Below the pieces are notes generated by a model that did no database searches, had not been told where the DNA came from, and worked only from the letters and a program-made list of their open reading frames with translations. A stretch of 64,000 nucleotides of DNA. It comes from Tubulanus polymorphus (lineage: Eukaryota; Animalia; Nemertea). Shown one piece after another: positions 1 through 10,975 of this stretch. The stretch is from assembly GCF_964204645.1 (NCBI RefSeq), contig NC_134028.1, positions 22,006,345 through 22,070,344 of the forward strand, read 5' to 3'. A program made the translations under genes and the position numbers. The first letter of the stretch is position 1; the number at the start of each line of letters is the position of its first letter.

Positions 1-1978
1 ATCTCATTATGGTGATTTACATTGGCAACTGCCGGATAAGGATGCAGTTAATGCAAATTATCCGTTATGATAACGCGGAATATCTTGTGTATATTTCATC
101 AACATCACTTCTCGGATGTAAGTAGTGTTTGTTGCCGACCATAAATCCCAGTGTACGAAACGGGATGAGAGTTACGAAATTGGTAATTACCAGCGGTGTT
201 ACGTGTTTGGGTGCACGAATTATTGTGGTTCGAGGATTTTCCTCGTGCTTTTGTTTTATAAGTACAATTGTTCCTTCCTTGATGACGTGAGAAATCAGCC
301 ACAAGAGTCCACAATAGTACAAAAAGGAAAAAGAAAGATTGAAACTATGTAAATTCTATGTATGAAAGCTTTTTAATTAGAACGTAGTAAATTAATATTA
401 CAACTAATTATCAATGAATTGAACGTCGCTGTCTATTTCTTATTAACGGTACCAATTCCGCCTTGGAAACATCTCTTGAAATCAGCGACAATGGTGGAAG
501 GGTTCAACGCCTTCTTACCATTGAGTTGTCTGATGCATTGATTAGTCGATCTCGAGCAGCGACCGGTGTTGTATTTAGCGGTGTAAGAGGAGAAATTTTG
601 TGACGCCGTAAGTTTTCAGGCTTAGATTTACGACAACCCTCTCTTTGTACCTGGCTCCGTCATCGCAACGAATATCGTATACGCAATTCACATTTTCGGT
701 ATCTATTTTGTACCCTCTAACGTCAGCCATAATCAAAGCAGCGCCGGGACCGGTGAATGTAACTTCCGTTACAGCGGTACTCTGCCTGCCGACAGAAGTC
801 TCCTTCCGCCGAACGACTGAGACACTCCGTGTAAGACGGAGCCGTCAAACTCGTGGCATTTATAGGAGTCGTAACCAGTCACGTGGTCGGCTGGTGCATT
901 ATCAGTCGACCTATGAAATTCCGATATCGGCGTGGTCGAATGGCGTTACACTTAGTTGGATTCGAAGTCAGGATCTTTTGATCGTTGCTGCTGTTATTTG
1001 GGCCCGTAGCGATATCTTGTTAATTTATTTGGATTAACGTCAATCTATTTGGACAATGTCGGGGTATCATGCAGAAGAGCGCAGAGCAACGAGATTTCAC
1101 CCATTTTGATTTGTAGAATCGGTGTTCCTTGCAAACTTACCATAGTATATTTGACACTGAATGCATTTGATATACAAGGATGTACTAGAGTCGCTACATA
1201 TTTGGCTTGATCTCATTCTATCTGATGGATTTACATATCCGTCACTTCATGTTATTTAATAATGTTTGCCGGCCGCTAATGCATCTCTGCTAAAAGCCGA
1301 ATTAGCGGAATTTCGGGCACTTGATCTGTTTTTTCTGCGAGTTTTTCAATTGCACGTAAATAATCTACGTCGTAGGGTATACATGCGCCCCGTGATCTCA
1401 GAGGTCATATGTAGCCCGACACACCTAGTATTTGAAAAAAATGTCCATTTATTTGTCCATACTAACACAAATATATCATGATATATACCCATGTCTATGT
1501 TGTCATTCAAAAGGAAAGTAAGTTATTTTTAGATTAAGTTATTCATTGACAAAAGAAAATTTACGAAATCGCTTGCCGGGCGTAGAGACATCGGGCTAAG
1601 TCTATGTATATCATATAGCAAAATCATGCATCACATGGAGATAAACGCAATTGAGTCCGAAATGACAATATCCTAATCTCTAAAACGATTCAAAAAATTG
1701 TTCTTTAGTTTTTACGAATAGTGTAAGACTGATTTCAGTACATTCTTACACAACATTTTACACACGGTTCAGCGGTACCTGTATCAATCGATGAATACAA
1801 TAGAAGTAGGGCTCACGCGCATAGGAAATGCACCCGTCGCGTCATATTGGACCTCAAGTCTAAGCAGTTAATTAACTTAAACGTCAAGGTGTTAACTGCC
1901 ATTTGAAGTTTATTCAATCCGACGCGTTCGACGTCCGTCCGTGAATCACCTGTAAAAACCTTAAAAGTTTATCTGCCG

Positions 1979-4234
1979 TCAAATCTCCGACGTAACCGTC
2001 TTTCTAGCCGTAGATGTCGTCGGACTGGCCGTCGGTTGCCTCCCTCTTACACTCCGGGCTCTACTGACGCACATTTCCAGCACGTTCTTTCGACAGACGA
2101 ACGCCAGAAATATGAAAAATCCCTGCAAACTGTTCAACACGATGGATACGTATTTGATCACTTGGTTTTGCGTTAGAGCCCAGACCAACGCGAACACCCA
2201 GGTACCGCCGAGCAATACGGAGAGTTTCATGTATAAAATCAAGTTTATTTTATCTCTTTTTCTGGCAAATTGTGCTTCCTTAGACGCTTTGTAGATACAG
2301 AAAACGGTGATACCGTACATTACCATATTAGCCGATACCAAAATACCGACAGGTAAAACAAACAACGCCGCTAACGCTGGCCCATTATTAAACCAACAGT
2401 CTTTGTTAGCGTAACCGGGATTATACGGATGTGTAACGCTAGAAAACGCTTCCAACGTTACCGATATCACGATGATCATCAGCGGCGACAACCAAGCGTA
2501 CAGACTGAAGTTACGAAAACGCCGAGAGCCGGTCTCGCGAGCTTGCCCGGTACCCAGCGACTTTCCGGCGAATGTCTGCACAAGATCGAACGCCAGGGCG
2601 TTCATCCAAAAGAACATCGACAAAAACGACGCGTGCGTGAAAACGGCGACGACGAAACAAGCCACGTAACTTTCGCCGGCGGCCGGACCGAGAAGAAACA
2701 AGACCTGCCCGCATAGTAACGCTACGGATAAACTCATCACCGATCTCCCCGGCACGTTTCTCAGTTTTGGAAACAGCGAATAGATAACCAACAAAACGAA
2801 TAGACAAACTATCGAAATGATTTGCCCGACGGCGGATATTATTTCAGTAACGCCATCGTCGGGGGTTCGATTAATCTTATGGCGCGATGAATTCGATTTC
2901 AGTTGATCGAGGATCGAGGTGTTGTTGCCGCTGTCGGAGTTAGTTAGGTTGACGCACACGCTTACCGAACCGTCGTTCGTATCGAAACGATACCGACCGC
3001 GTTCGAATAATTCATTCGACGGTTTTATACGAATCGAACCGTCGGTTTTGATGACGTATTCGCCGCGATTGTAAACATACCTCGCGCAACCGGCCAAATC
3101 GTATTGGTCGTAATCACCATCATTACCGATACATTTACCTCGGCGAAACTCGAAACCCGGGCCGCAATAAACCCGCCGACATTTCTGTAGCATAAAATCG
3201 TATATTTCCGAGTTCGGGCAGTGTTTATCATCTTTCACAGTTCCGTCGATTTTCGAAGTTCCCATCGTTATATCGAATAGTAACGTTATAGAATTGAAAC
3301 CGGTTGCAGTGACAGCCGGTATATCATCCAGACAAACCAGAGTAAGGGCATCTTCGCCGTCGCAAAGAGCACATTCCCGGTTTTTAAACAGTTTTCCGCT
3401 GATTGATGCCCTGACGATATTTGTAGGATTCAGTTCGCAAGCCTCTTTAAAACTATTGTTATAGGAACAACTATAGATTCTACCTTGACTGCACAAACGG
3501 GTCTCCCGTGTACCGTTCATCGGATTCCTAAAGCTCCGCTGGCAATCGCGGCGATCGCGAACCACTTTGGCATATTCGTCCATAGAGAACGGCGGCGATC
3601 TGGGCGATTCCGAATCGAAATTAACGCCCGTTAATTCTGGCTGATCTACGTCGTCCCCAAAGCACGTAATCTGCAATTCCCAATATAAAAATTCGAAATC
3701 GTCCCAGCACATGCTACAGTATATATTTCTATAGGTCGCCCCTGTTGACTTACTATTGACGGGCCACCTTAGAATCGAATCCAATTCTTCATTGGCAGAC
3801 GTCGTTGATATCGAATCCTCGCAAAGATATTTGAAGTAATAATTTTGGTAGCCCGGCCGACATTTTTTGATAATGAATATATCGGCCGGAATCGGCGCGT
3901 CATCGACGCTAGAACAATCCATATTTTCGCGTAACAGTTCCGTAAATGTAGCGTTTATTTCAGCTCGTTCGTAATCCGCGCAACAATCTTCGAACAAACG
4001 ACACGCTGTATCGCATTGACAACCTCGATTATCTATTTCGCAGTTCGCCGGAAAACATTTCCCGTTACCAGGCACAAATTTATGATCCGAAGTTTGGTTA
4101 AAAATGTGCGCATTATCAGCGGCAGCGCGCAGTGCAGGCGATAATCCGGTCGCTTTCGCTATTTTCGTCACGTCTTCGCCAATTACGAAACTTATCATCG
4201 ACAATAGCACGCACGAATAACGATAAAACGCCAT
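1979..4234 (-). CDS. Somatomedin-B-like ectodomain 7TM GPCR (family B adhesion/Methuselah-like), copy 1 (most divergent)
   Basis: 751-aa single-exon ORF: signal peptide, SMB-like motif CQCDTACRLFEDCCADY, Cys-rich ectodomain (YRNIYCSMC, FKNRECALC), seven hydrophobic helices with family-B-type motifs (LRNVPG, FFWMN, YAWLSP, CWF, LGGTWVF, NSLQGFFIF). Splice acceptor just upstream of ATG (ends about 4252). Confidence 0.9.
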   Translation of the reverse strand: MAFYRYSCVLLSMISFVIGEDVTKIAKATGLSPALRAAADNAHIFNQTSDHKFVPGNGKCFPANCEIDNRGCQCDTACRLFEDCCADYERAEINATFTELLRENMDCSSVDDAPIPADIFIIKKCRPGYQNYYFKYLCEDSISTTSANEELDSILRWPVNSKSTGATYRNIYCSMCWDDFEFLYWELQITCFGDDVDQPELTGVNFDSESPRSPPFSMDEYAKVVRDRRDCQRSFRNPMNGTRETRLCSQGRIYSCSYNNSFKEACELNPTNIVRASISGKLFKNRECALCDGEDALTLVCLDDIPAVTATGFNSITLLFDITMGTSKIDGTVKDDKHCPNSEIYDFMLQKCRRVYCGPGFEFRRGKCIGNDGDYDQYDLAGCARYVYNRGEYVIKTDGSIRIKPSNELFERGRYRFDTNDGSVSVCVNLTNSDSGNNTSILDQLKSNSSRHKINRTPDDGVTEIISAVGQIISIVCLFVLLVIYSLFPKLRNVPGRSVMSLSVALLCGQVLFLLGPAAGESYVACFVVAVFTHASFLSMFFWMNALAFDLVQTFAGKSLGTGQARETGSRRFRNFSLYAWLSPLMIIVISVTLEAFSSVTHPYNPGYANKDCWFNNGPALAALFVLPVGILVSANMVMYGITVFCIYKASKEAQFARKRDKINLILYMKLSVLLGGTWVFALVWALTQNQVIKYVSIVLNSLQGFFIFLAFVCRKNVLEMCVSRARSVRGRQPTASPTTSTARKTVTSEI

Positions 4235-5025
4235 CGCGTTAGCACTGAATCCTGAATTATTTAACGTTTTCTTCAGATAGACTTATTACCGTCATCTTTG
4301 CCCATTAGCTCACGCGGATGTGCGTACATACAACGATCTACCAACAACAACTATTATAAATGTATGTTGGTTTTGATCGTAGGTCAGTTATCGGATATTG
4401 GTATCAGTTGGCGGAATTCGTTACAGGAGTACATTTCCCCTGTACGAGCATGTGTAGGGAGGGGAGATGAGGTTATTCTGGTCGGCTAGAGGATACATAG
4501 ATAACACCGGAGATCCTTAAAAACCGATTTACGTAAACTACCACTCAGCTGATAAGGATAAGGTTATAGCCCGTAGCTCGAGTGCCGCTTGAAATGCGAT
4601 TCCAACCAGACAAATGTTTATATATTTTCTAACGTACGTATTTTCAATACATCCATCAAGAAATTAAAAACGAGAAAATCAAATTATATTCCCAGCATGA
4701 AAAGATGATTTATTTGCTCTTCACATTTTATGTAGTAATCGCATCAGTTTTAAAACGTATTTGGCTATTTTTATTTCATCCTATATCTGCCTCAATAAAA
4801 GCTCGCTGTCAATGTTGTTTTCCAATTGGTTCCCTTGCAAAGAACTGGCCATTCAGTAAAACTAGGATATATTTACATATTACAATTTACGACATTAATA
4901 TTATTTATTAACACACATGAGAAGAATGATTAATTGTTCATTTAGTTTTTAAAATGCAGCTCGTAGAATAGCTTGTCTGAAATATTGGTGTCAACGTCAG
5001 AGAAACGTTGAACGTATTTTAACCA

Positions 5026-5344
5026 ACTATAAGCGAAAGGGGAGGCCAACTCCGTGACGTCACAATACATTTGCCTTTGCTATCTTCGAAATCGTTGGCG
5101 ATAAACAATAAATATTTTCGATTATATCAATTACTGCGAGTATTGAACATTTTGACCGTTTTTCAAGATTTGGTATTAAGAATTAAAAAGATCAATGAAA
5201 AACGCTAGATTAAGAATAGAGACCGTAAACCAGTCTACAAAATCTATTGTTTATCGCCACCGGTGAGGGCGCTGAACAAAACACAAGATTACTAGCGGTG
5301 CCTAGCGGATTTTTGAGGAGTCGGCCTTCCCGTGCGCTTATAGT
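5026..5344. mobile_element. MITE-like element
   Basis: Terminal inverted repeats actataagcg.a.gggaggcc.actcc / ggagtcggccttcccgtgcgcttatagt. Confidence 0.7.
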
Positions 5345-5958
5345 ACCATGTTTCAGCCAACGCAGTCCGTGCAGCTCCTGATATCAAAAGGTACGTTTGA
5401 GGCAGGTGTATGAGACATAAAACACGATTAACTCATAAAAATGTGAGTAGATACCACACGAGCAGCAATTAGCAGAGTGCGAAGACTAGACTAGAAATTC
5501 AATCGGACGCTAGATCGTTAATTTCCCCGACAACAATACTGAGATCTTCTTTTAATTGAATTCTTGTAAGTCAGATACAACAACAAGTTTCAATCAAAAA
5601 CCGATAATAGCATATTATACGTTATAACAAAATACATTGGCTATAATCATATTCGTTACGGTTATATTTCATTACTAATACCCTGAACAAAAACGTTAGG
5701 TAAGGCATAATATTTCTCCTAACGAAACTATTTCTTATCCATCATATCTCGTCTAATAATCAAACCGATGAACTTATACGGTAAAAAGGGAAAAGAATCT
5801 CATCTACGGAGATAAACGAATAAAAATGTGACATATATCACGCTTGATGTACAATCTAAGTGGAAACTGAATTGATATTAGCTGAGATAGGGTGGTTTTA
5901 AACGACCGTATCGTTCGATCAAATTAGTGTTGTTACCTAACTTTTTGTTCATTGTATA

Positions 5959-6049
5959 TAGCCCGGAGGGGACATGGTGAGAAATAGATATATTTTTTTC
6001 GTTCGAACGAAAAAAATATATTCATTCCTCACCAAGTACCCTCCGGGGC
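5959..6049. repeat. Imperfect palindrome (foldback/MITE remnant)
   Basis: gcccggagggga..tggtgag..atatattttttcgttcgaacgaaaaaaatatat..ctcacca..accctccggggc. Confidence 0.65.
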
Positions 6050-6203
6050 TCCGTGTGTAATAGATCACACATCAACAGAATGCACACACCAAATAGATCA
6101 TAACACATTTTATTCACTCTTATTCATTAACTGTGCAAATGATATATAATTATCAGAATGTGAACGAGTTTTTCATTACTTAGAAAATACGTTTTTAATC
6201 TAG

Positions 6204-8477
6204 TTAAAACGCATTTTCCGACGAATTGCCTCCATCGTTATTATCAGCATTTTCTGAATCGATCAACGAGTGCGTTTGGGCCAGATCTTCACGTACAAGT
6301 CCCTTACGAGTTGCCGACATCGGTGTCAAGTTTGAGTTAACCCTCCCCGTACTCTCCAGTGACGAAGGAACTCGTGTAGATCTGGTCGCAGAACCTATCG
6401 GCAAAGAGCTGACCAATTTTGAACATTGTTCGCGCAATAATCGGACAACTTTACGACGACAGATGAACGCGATGGATATGAAGACACCTTGTAAACTGTT
6501 GAATACAATGAACAGATATTTCAAACCGACATTACGAGTGACAATCCACAGAAATGCGAAGATCCATGTCCCACCGAGGATAACGGATAGTTTAATGTAC
6601 AGTAATATGTTTATTTTGTCACTCTTTTTAGCGACGCAAGCTGACGCTTTAGACGTAGTATATATTCCATACACGGTTAACGTATACATAACCATATTAG
6701 CCGCAACCAAAACGCTGACGGGTAAAATGAAAAGTACGCCTAAAGCCGGTCCGTTATTAAACCAACAGATACGGGTTCCATAGTCCGGGTTATAGGGGCT
6801 CGTATGGGTAGAAGAAATCTCCAGCGATGCCGATATGAGTAAAATCAACAATGGTGACATCCACGCGTAAATACAGAATTTCGTGAACCGCCATTTGTGC
6901 TCATGAGGAGGGCCGGTTCTCATCATGCGCCCAGAGAAAGTCAAGGTCAAATCGAATGCGATGGCGTTCATCCAAAAGAACATGGCGAGAAAGAAAACGT
7001 GTGTGAACGCGGCAATCAATAAACAGGCGACATAGTGACCCTCGGCCACAGGACCTAATAGAATCATTAGTTGACCTAATAATAACGCTAGTGACATACT
7101 CATTAATGATTTCCCGGGTAAATTTCGCAATTGTGGAATAGAACAATATATTATTAGCAAAGCTGTGAGACAAATAACGGAAATACATTGACCGATTGCA
7201 GACAGAATCCCGGCCGTTCCATCCGGTGATAAAAGATCGGATGATATTCGAAAATGTATCGAAAATTCGTCATATTCAACGCAGATATTTACGGAACCGT
7301 TATTTCCGAATTTGAACGAGTCGCTCGTGAAAGTCCGGTTTAACGCTTTCGCGAAAATAATTCCGTCCGATCGTAAAAGGTATTCATCCGCGGTGTATTG
7401 AACTATAATACAACTTTCGTTGATAGAACTTTCAGAGTTTGTTTTTGTAGTGTCGACGCATCTACCTCGAATAAACTCGAATCCGTTACCGCACCAAACC
7501 GTGCGGCATTTGTGATCACCTTTACCGAACACTTCTCCCGGTTTACACAAACTTTCCTTCGAGCCTCGTCCCTCAATGACCACAGTGCCGAGTTTATGAT
7601 CGAATAGGATTGTTAAAGAATTCGATGGGAATTGAATATCCCAGGAGTCCATCAAATAGTTTTGACAAACTAAATCTGAAACCTGTTCACCGCGACAAAG
7701 TGCACAAAATCCGTTTTTGTACCGTATACCTGTTTTATAATTTACGGCAATATCAACTGGATTTCTGGTACAATTCACCTCGTAAGGGCTTCCCCGCTCG
7801 CAAGCCCCTGAGTCCAACTTTTTGTAACACTTTCTCAGATTTTCTCCATTTTCGAAAGGACTCGAAAATTTTTCTTTACAATTTGCGAATTCTTTTAACG
7901 ACACTTTTCGCGATTCATTTTTCTCAGTCGTGGTAGTGTGGGGTTTCGATGTGGATGTACCTATCTGAACAATTCGGGACTCAACTGGACAAATCAAAGT
8001 AAGTTTCCAATAAGCGATCGACTCGGCATCGTCCCAACACATACTGCAATATAGATTCCTATAAACCATTCCGGACGCTCTACTAGAGACCGGCCAACTC
8101 ATAAACGTATCACCTTCCATGGACTCTCCCTCGCAAAGTGATTTAATGGCGAAGTTGTTGAAACGTTTCGGACACGATCTGATCATGGAAGCTTCTGGAA
8201 ATTTCTGTGATTCAATTATCTGTGGACATTGCAAGTGCTGCATCATCTCTCGCCTTAAACCGGCGCTCAATGACGTCATCGGTCTTTCGTAATCGATGCA
8301 ACAATCGCCGAATATTCGGCAAGCGACGTCGCAGCGACAAGGTCTGAACCCACGATCTTGAAGATCTCTGCAAGTTGCCTTCGGGCACCGGTAGCGTTCC
8401 CATTTAGTCCGGAGCTCACTCGTCGAATTTACCGTTTTCAGACTAAGCGCTAAGACGAATAGAATCGACCTCAACAT
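6204..8477 (-). CDS. SMB-like ectodomain 7TM GPCR, copy 2
   Basis: 757-aa ORF, same architecture (CRCDVACRIFGDCCIDY; LRNLPG; FFWMN; NSLQGVFI); acceptor ttttttcag about 12 nt before ATG. Confidence 0.92.
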   Translation of the reverse strand: MLRSILFVLALSLKTVNSTSELRTKWERYRCPKATCRDLQDRGFRPCRCDVACRIFGDCCIDYERPMTSLSAGLRREMMQHLQCPQIIESQKFPEASMIRSCPKRFNNFAIKSLCEGESMEGDTFMSWPVSSRASGMVYRNLYCSMCWDDAESIAYWKLTLICPVESRIVQIGTSTSKPHTTTTEKNESRKVSLKEFANCKEKFSSPFENGENLRKCYKKLDSGACERGSPYEVNCTRNPVDIAVNYKTGIRYKNGFCALCRGEQVSDLVCQNYLMDSWDIQFPSNSLTILFDHKLGTVVIEGRGSKESLCKPGEVFGKGDHKCRTVWCGNGFEFIRGRCVDTTKTNSESSINESCIIVQYTADEYLLRSDGIIFAKALNRTFTSDSFKFGNNGSVNICVEYDEFSIHFRISSDLLSPDGTAGILSAIGQCISVICLTALLIIYCSIPQLRNLPGKSLMSMSLALLLGQLMILLGPVAEGHYVACLLIAAFTHVFFLAMFFWMNAIAFDLTLTFSGRMMRTGPPHEHKWRFTKFCIYAWMSPLLILLISASLEISSTHTSPYNPDYGTRICWFNNGPALGVLFILPVSVLVAANMVMYTLTVYGIYTTSKASACVAKKSDKINILLYIKLSVILGGTWIFAFLWIVTRNVGLKYLFIVFNSLQGVFISIAFICRRKVVRLLREQCSKLVSSLPIGSATRSTRVPSSLESTGRVNSNLTPMSATRKGLVREDLAQTHSLIDSENADNNDGGNSSENAF

Positions 8478-9725
8478 TTTTCTTGCGTCCTGAAAAAAAC
8501 TATTAAGGTATTTAATGATTCAAAGATTCGTAGAAGAGCCGTTTTAATCGGGTGTACAATGAATGCAATGAGACGAGTAGTACTATAAAGTTTAACTATT
8601 TTATTTGAGGCACGAGCTTTTGCTATTAATGTCTAGTAGCTTTATGAGGTGAATGAGGTAATAATTTACTAAGAGCCGCATACCACGAAATCCTTCCATT
8701 TTCATTTTTCTAGTTTTATTTGTCGGCGTGCTTTAAAGGTGCAGAAATCGTTTTGTTATCGCGCAGATGAACATGATATGAATACGATGTATAATGGATA
8801 GGTAAATGTTTCCATCGTTACTGCAGCTTTGTTTATATCATACATTTCAAATTCGACTTTTTGCGATCTGAATGTTTAGAAAACATCATTTGATGACTGA
8901 AAATTCTTTGGCCTGATCAGATTTATTTCGAGTGGTTCGGTGCCACGGCAAAGACAGTGACGTCCTTAACGAGTATAACAAATTTTCAATGATAGAAACA
9001 AAAAACACCTGATGATGGCTGATAGTCTTTAGCCAAATGCTCAAATGCATACTCTGTGACTCAAGAATCTTTGAGCTCCATCTTTAGCTGAAAAGTTGTG
9101 GGATTTCCCTCGTATATTTATCTTACACGTATCTTATGTATCATCTCGACTCATCAAAAACAAAAACAAAAATAGTATAGATATGACTAATCTGCCGAAA
9201 ATAAAACCGCAAAATTAACAGCAAATGATCAAGTATTACTATGGGTGAATTTTATTGGGCACAATCTAGGTGTGAATTTTTGATGTTAATTCGGCATTTA
9301 TAATGTTCATTTCATTGTTATCATTAAGTGAAAAATAAATTATGTTTTATTATATTAAATTGTTTAAAATGATTTTATTCATATTTTTTTCCAATCGAAG
9401 TTTTCTATTTCGTTCCCATCGTTTGGACGAAGATGATAAGAAAGTAGCGATATCATTCAAATCGCAAGCAAGTAACCAGCAGTGGGATTTGCAAAATATT
9501 TGAAAAAAATACCAATTAAAAAGAATTGTAAAAAATACAAGACGGAAACATTGATTGGTACACCAACTATTCATGGATGGATGTACACGAAAGACACGAG
9601 TATTTCGCATGGAAGCAGCGGGTAAATTCATTCATTCATTCATTTATTTATTTCCTGAATAATTTACATCAATAAATAAAATCACATATGTGTAGTACGA
9701 TAACCATACTCAAACGTGGTGAACG

Positions 9726-9961
9726 GATAAAAAGATTAAAACCCACTATCTACAGATTAAAAGAATTTAAAATCAAGAATTCGAACAATCTAAAATATAT
9801 AATAAACACGACGTTTCGATCTCACCCTAGATCACACCTGACGATGATCTCTAGGGTGAGATCGAAACGTCGTTTTTATTATATTTTAGATTGTTCGAAT
9901 AAATGAATTCTTGATTTTAAATTCTTTTAATCTGTAGATTGTGGGTTTTTATCTTTTTATC
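9726..9961. mobile_element. Inverted-repeat element with central hammerhead motif (Penelope pLTR-like)
   Basis: About 110-bp near-perfect inverted arms; related copy at 54433-54862. Confidence 0.7.
9834..9875 (+). ncRNA. Minimal type-I hammerhead ribozyme motif
   Basis: acac-CUGACGA-u-gaucuc(uagggu)gagauc-GAAA-CGUC|guuu: intact core, 6-bp stem II, palindromic ACGU helix III, predicted cut after 9871. Confidence 0.7.
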
Positions 9962-10975
9962 ACATATGTATTTACGATATCATTATACACTGATAAATAC
10001 AGAATCTGTAATTACCTACGTTGATCACGATGTAGCGATCTTCCTAAATGTATACTTACAATGACACAGACGTTGTGTTGATATCCAACTATGCGCGGGT
10101 TACATCCAAACGTAACCAGACGAGCAGTTCCACCACTCGCTCCTCCACGTATCAAACAGCTATAAAAACCTACCCGCGTGTCAACACCCGATATCCTACT
10201 GAGTTTCCATTATCAACAAATCGTCGCGTTGTCACAGGTTTTATACATTCATAAAAACATTTGGTTGCGACTTATTTTGATATCAACATAAATAGCACTT
10301 CTCCGCCGTAATGCAGCGGATCACCGAGTACCACGTGTTGTATCGCATTCTCTAAGTGGGTTCCGCTAGCATCATGAACTAGTCTGAAACACGGTCACTT
10401 CCATGCCCGGAGCATGTCGTGTTTTCGCATAAAAGTATATATGTTTTCGGCCCGACTGATACGGGATGAAAATGAAACCAATACAGTGCAGTCAACACGG
10501 CTTTTTAGACGAAAGTCCGAGTTTATTTCAATGCATTTCAAGCGAACACAATCTTATAGTTTATAAACTGTTTTATTCTTCTCATTACGTTCAATAGTGA
10601 GAATGAGAAAAAAGACCCGATTAATTAATATTGTATATTAGTGTAGCTTCTAAAAATTGTACTTCTTGAATGAATGTCATTACCATCAAATATTCACACA
10701 GTACACCGCGGTTCTTAACATGAATCTAAATTGTTCGTATTTCTTTTCTTAAAAGTCTGTACTTTTTTTATGAAATAAAGGCTTACCACGATAATTGTCA
10801 CAACATAGTTGTTTATGGTCAGAAGTTGAAAGCTTTTTCAGCTTACTTAGATGATATAAACAATTTTCATATTTACATTAATTAGTTTGAAAAACACTTA
10901 ATTCAAACCACTAAGTAAAAACGAGTTTTTGATAACGTACAGAAACCTTGTTTAATTGTGTTAAAACACGTTTAG

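Noticed and set aside
1-1100. Short ORFs and a possible first exon ending ATG|GTAAG on - near 519, with promoter-like motifs at 760-900
   Set aside because: No recognisable protein or downstream exon within the window; cannot be supported.
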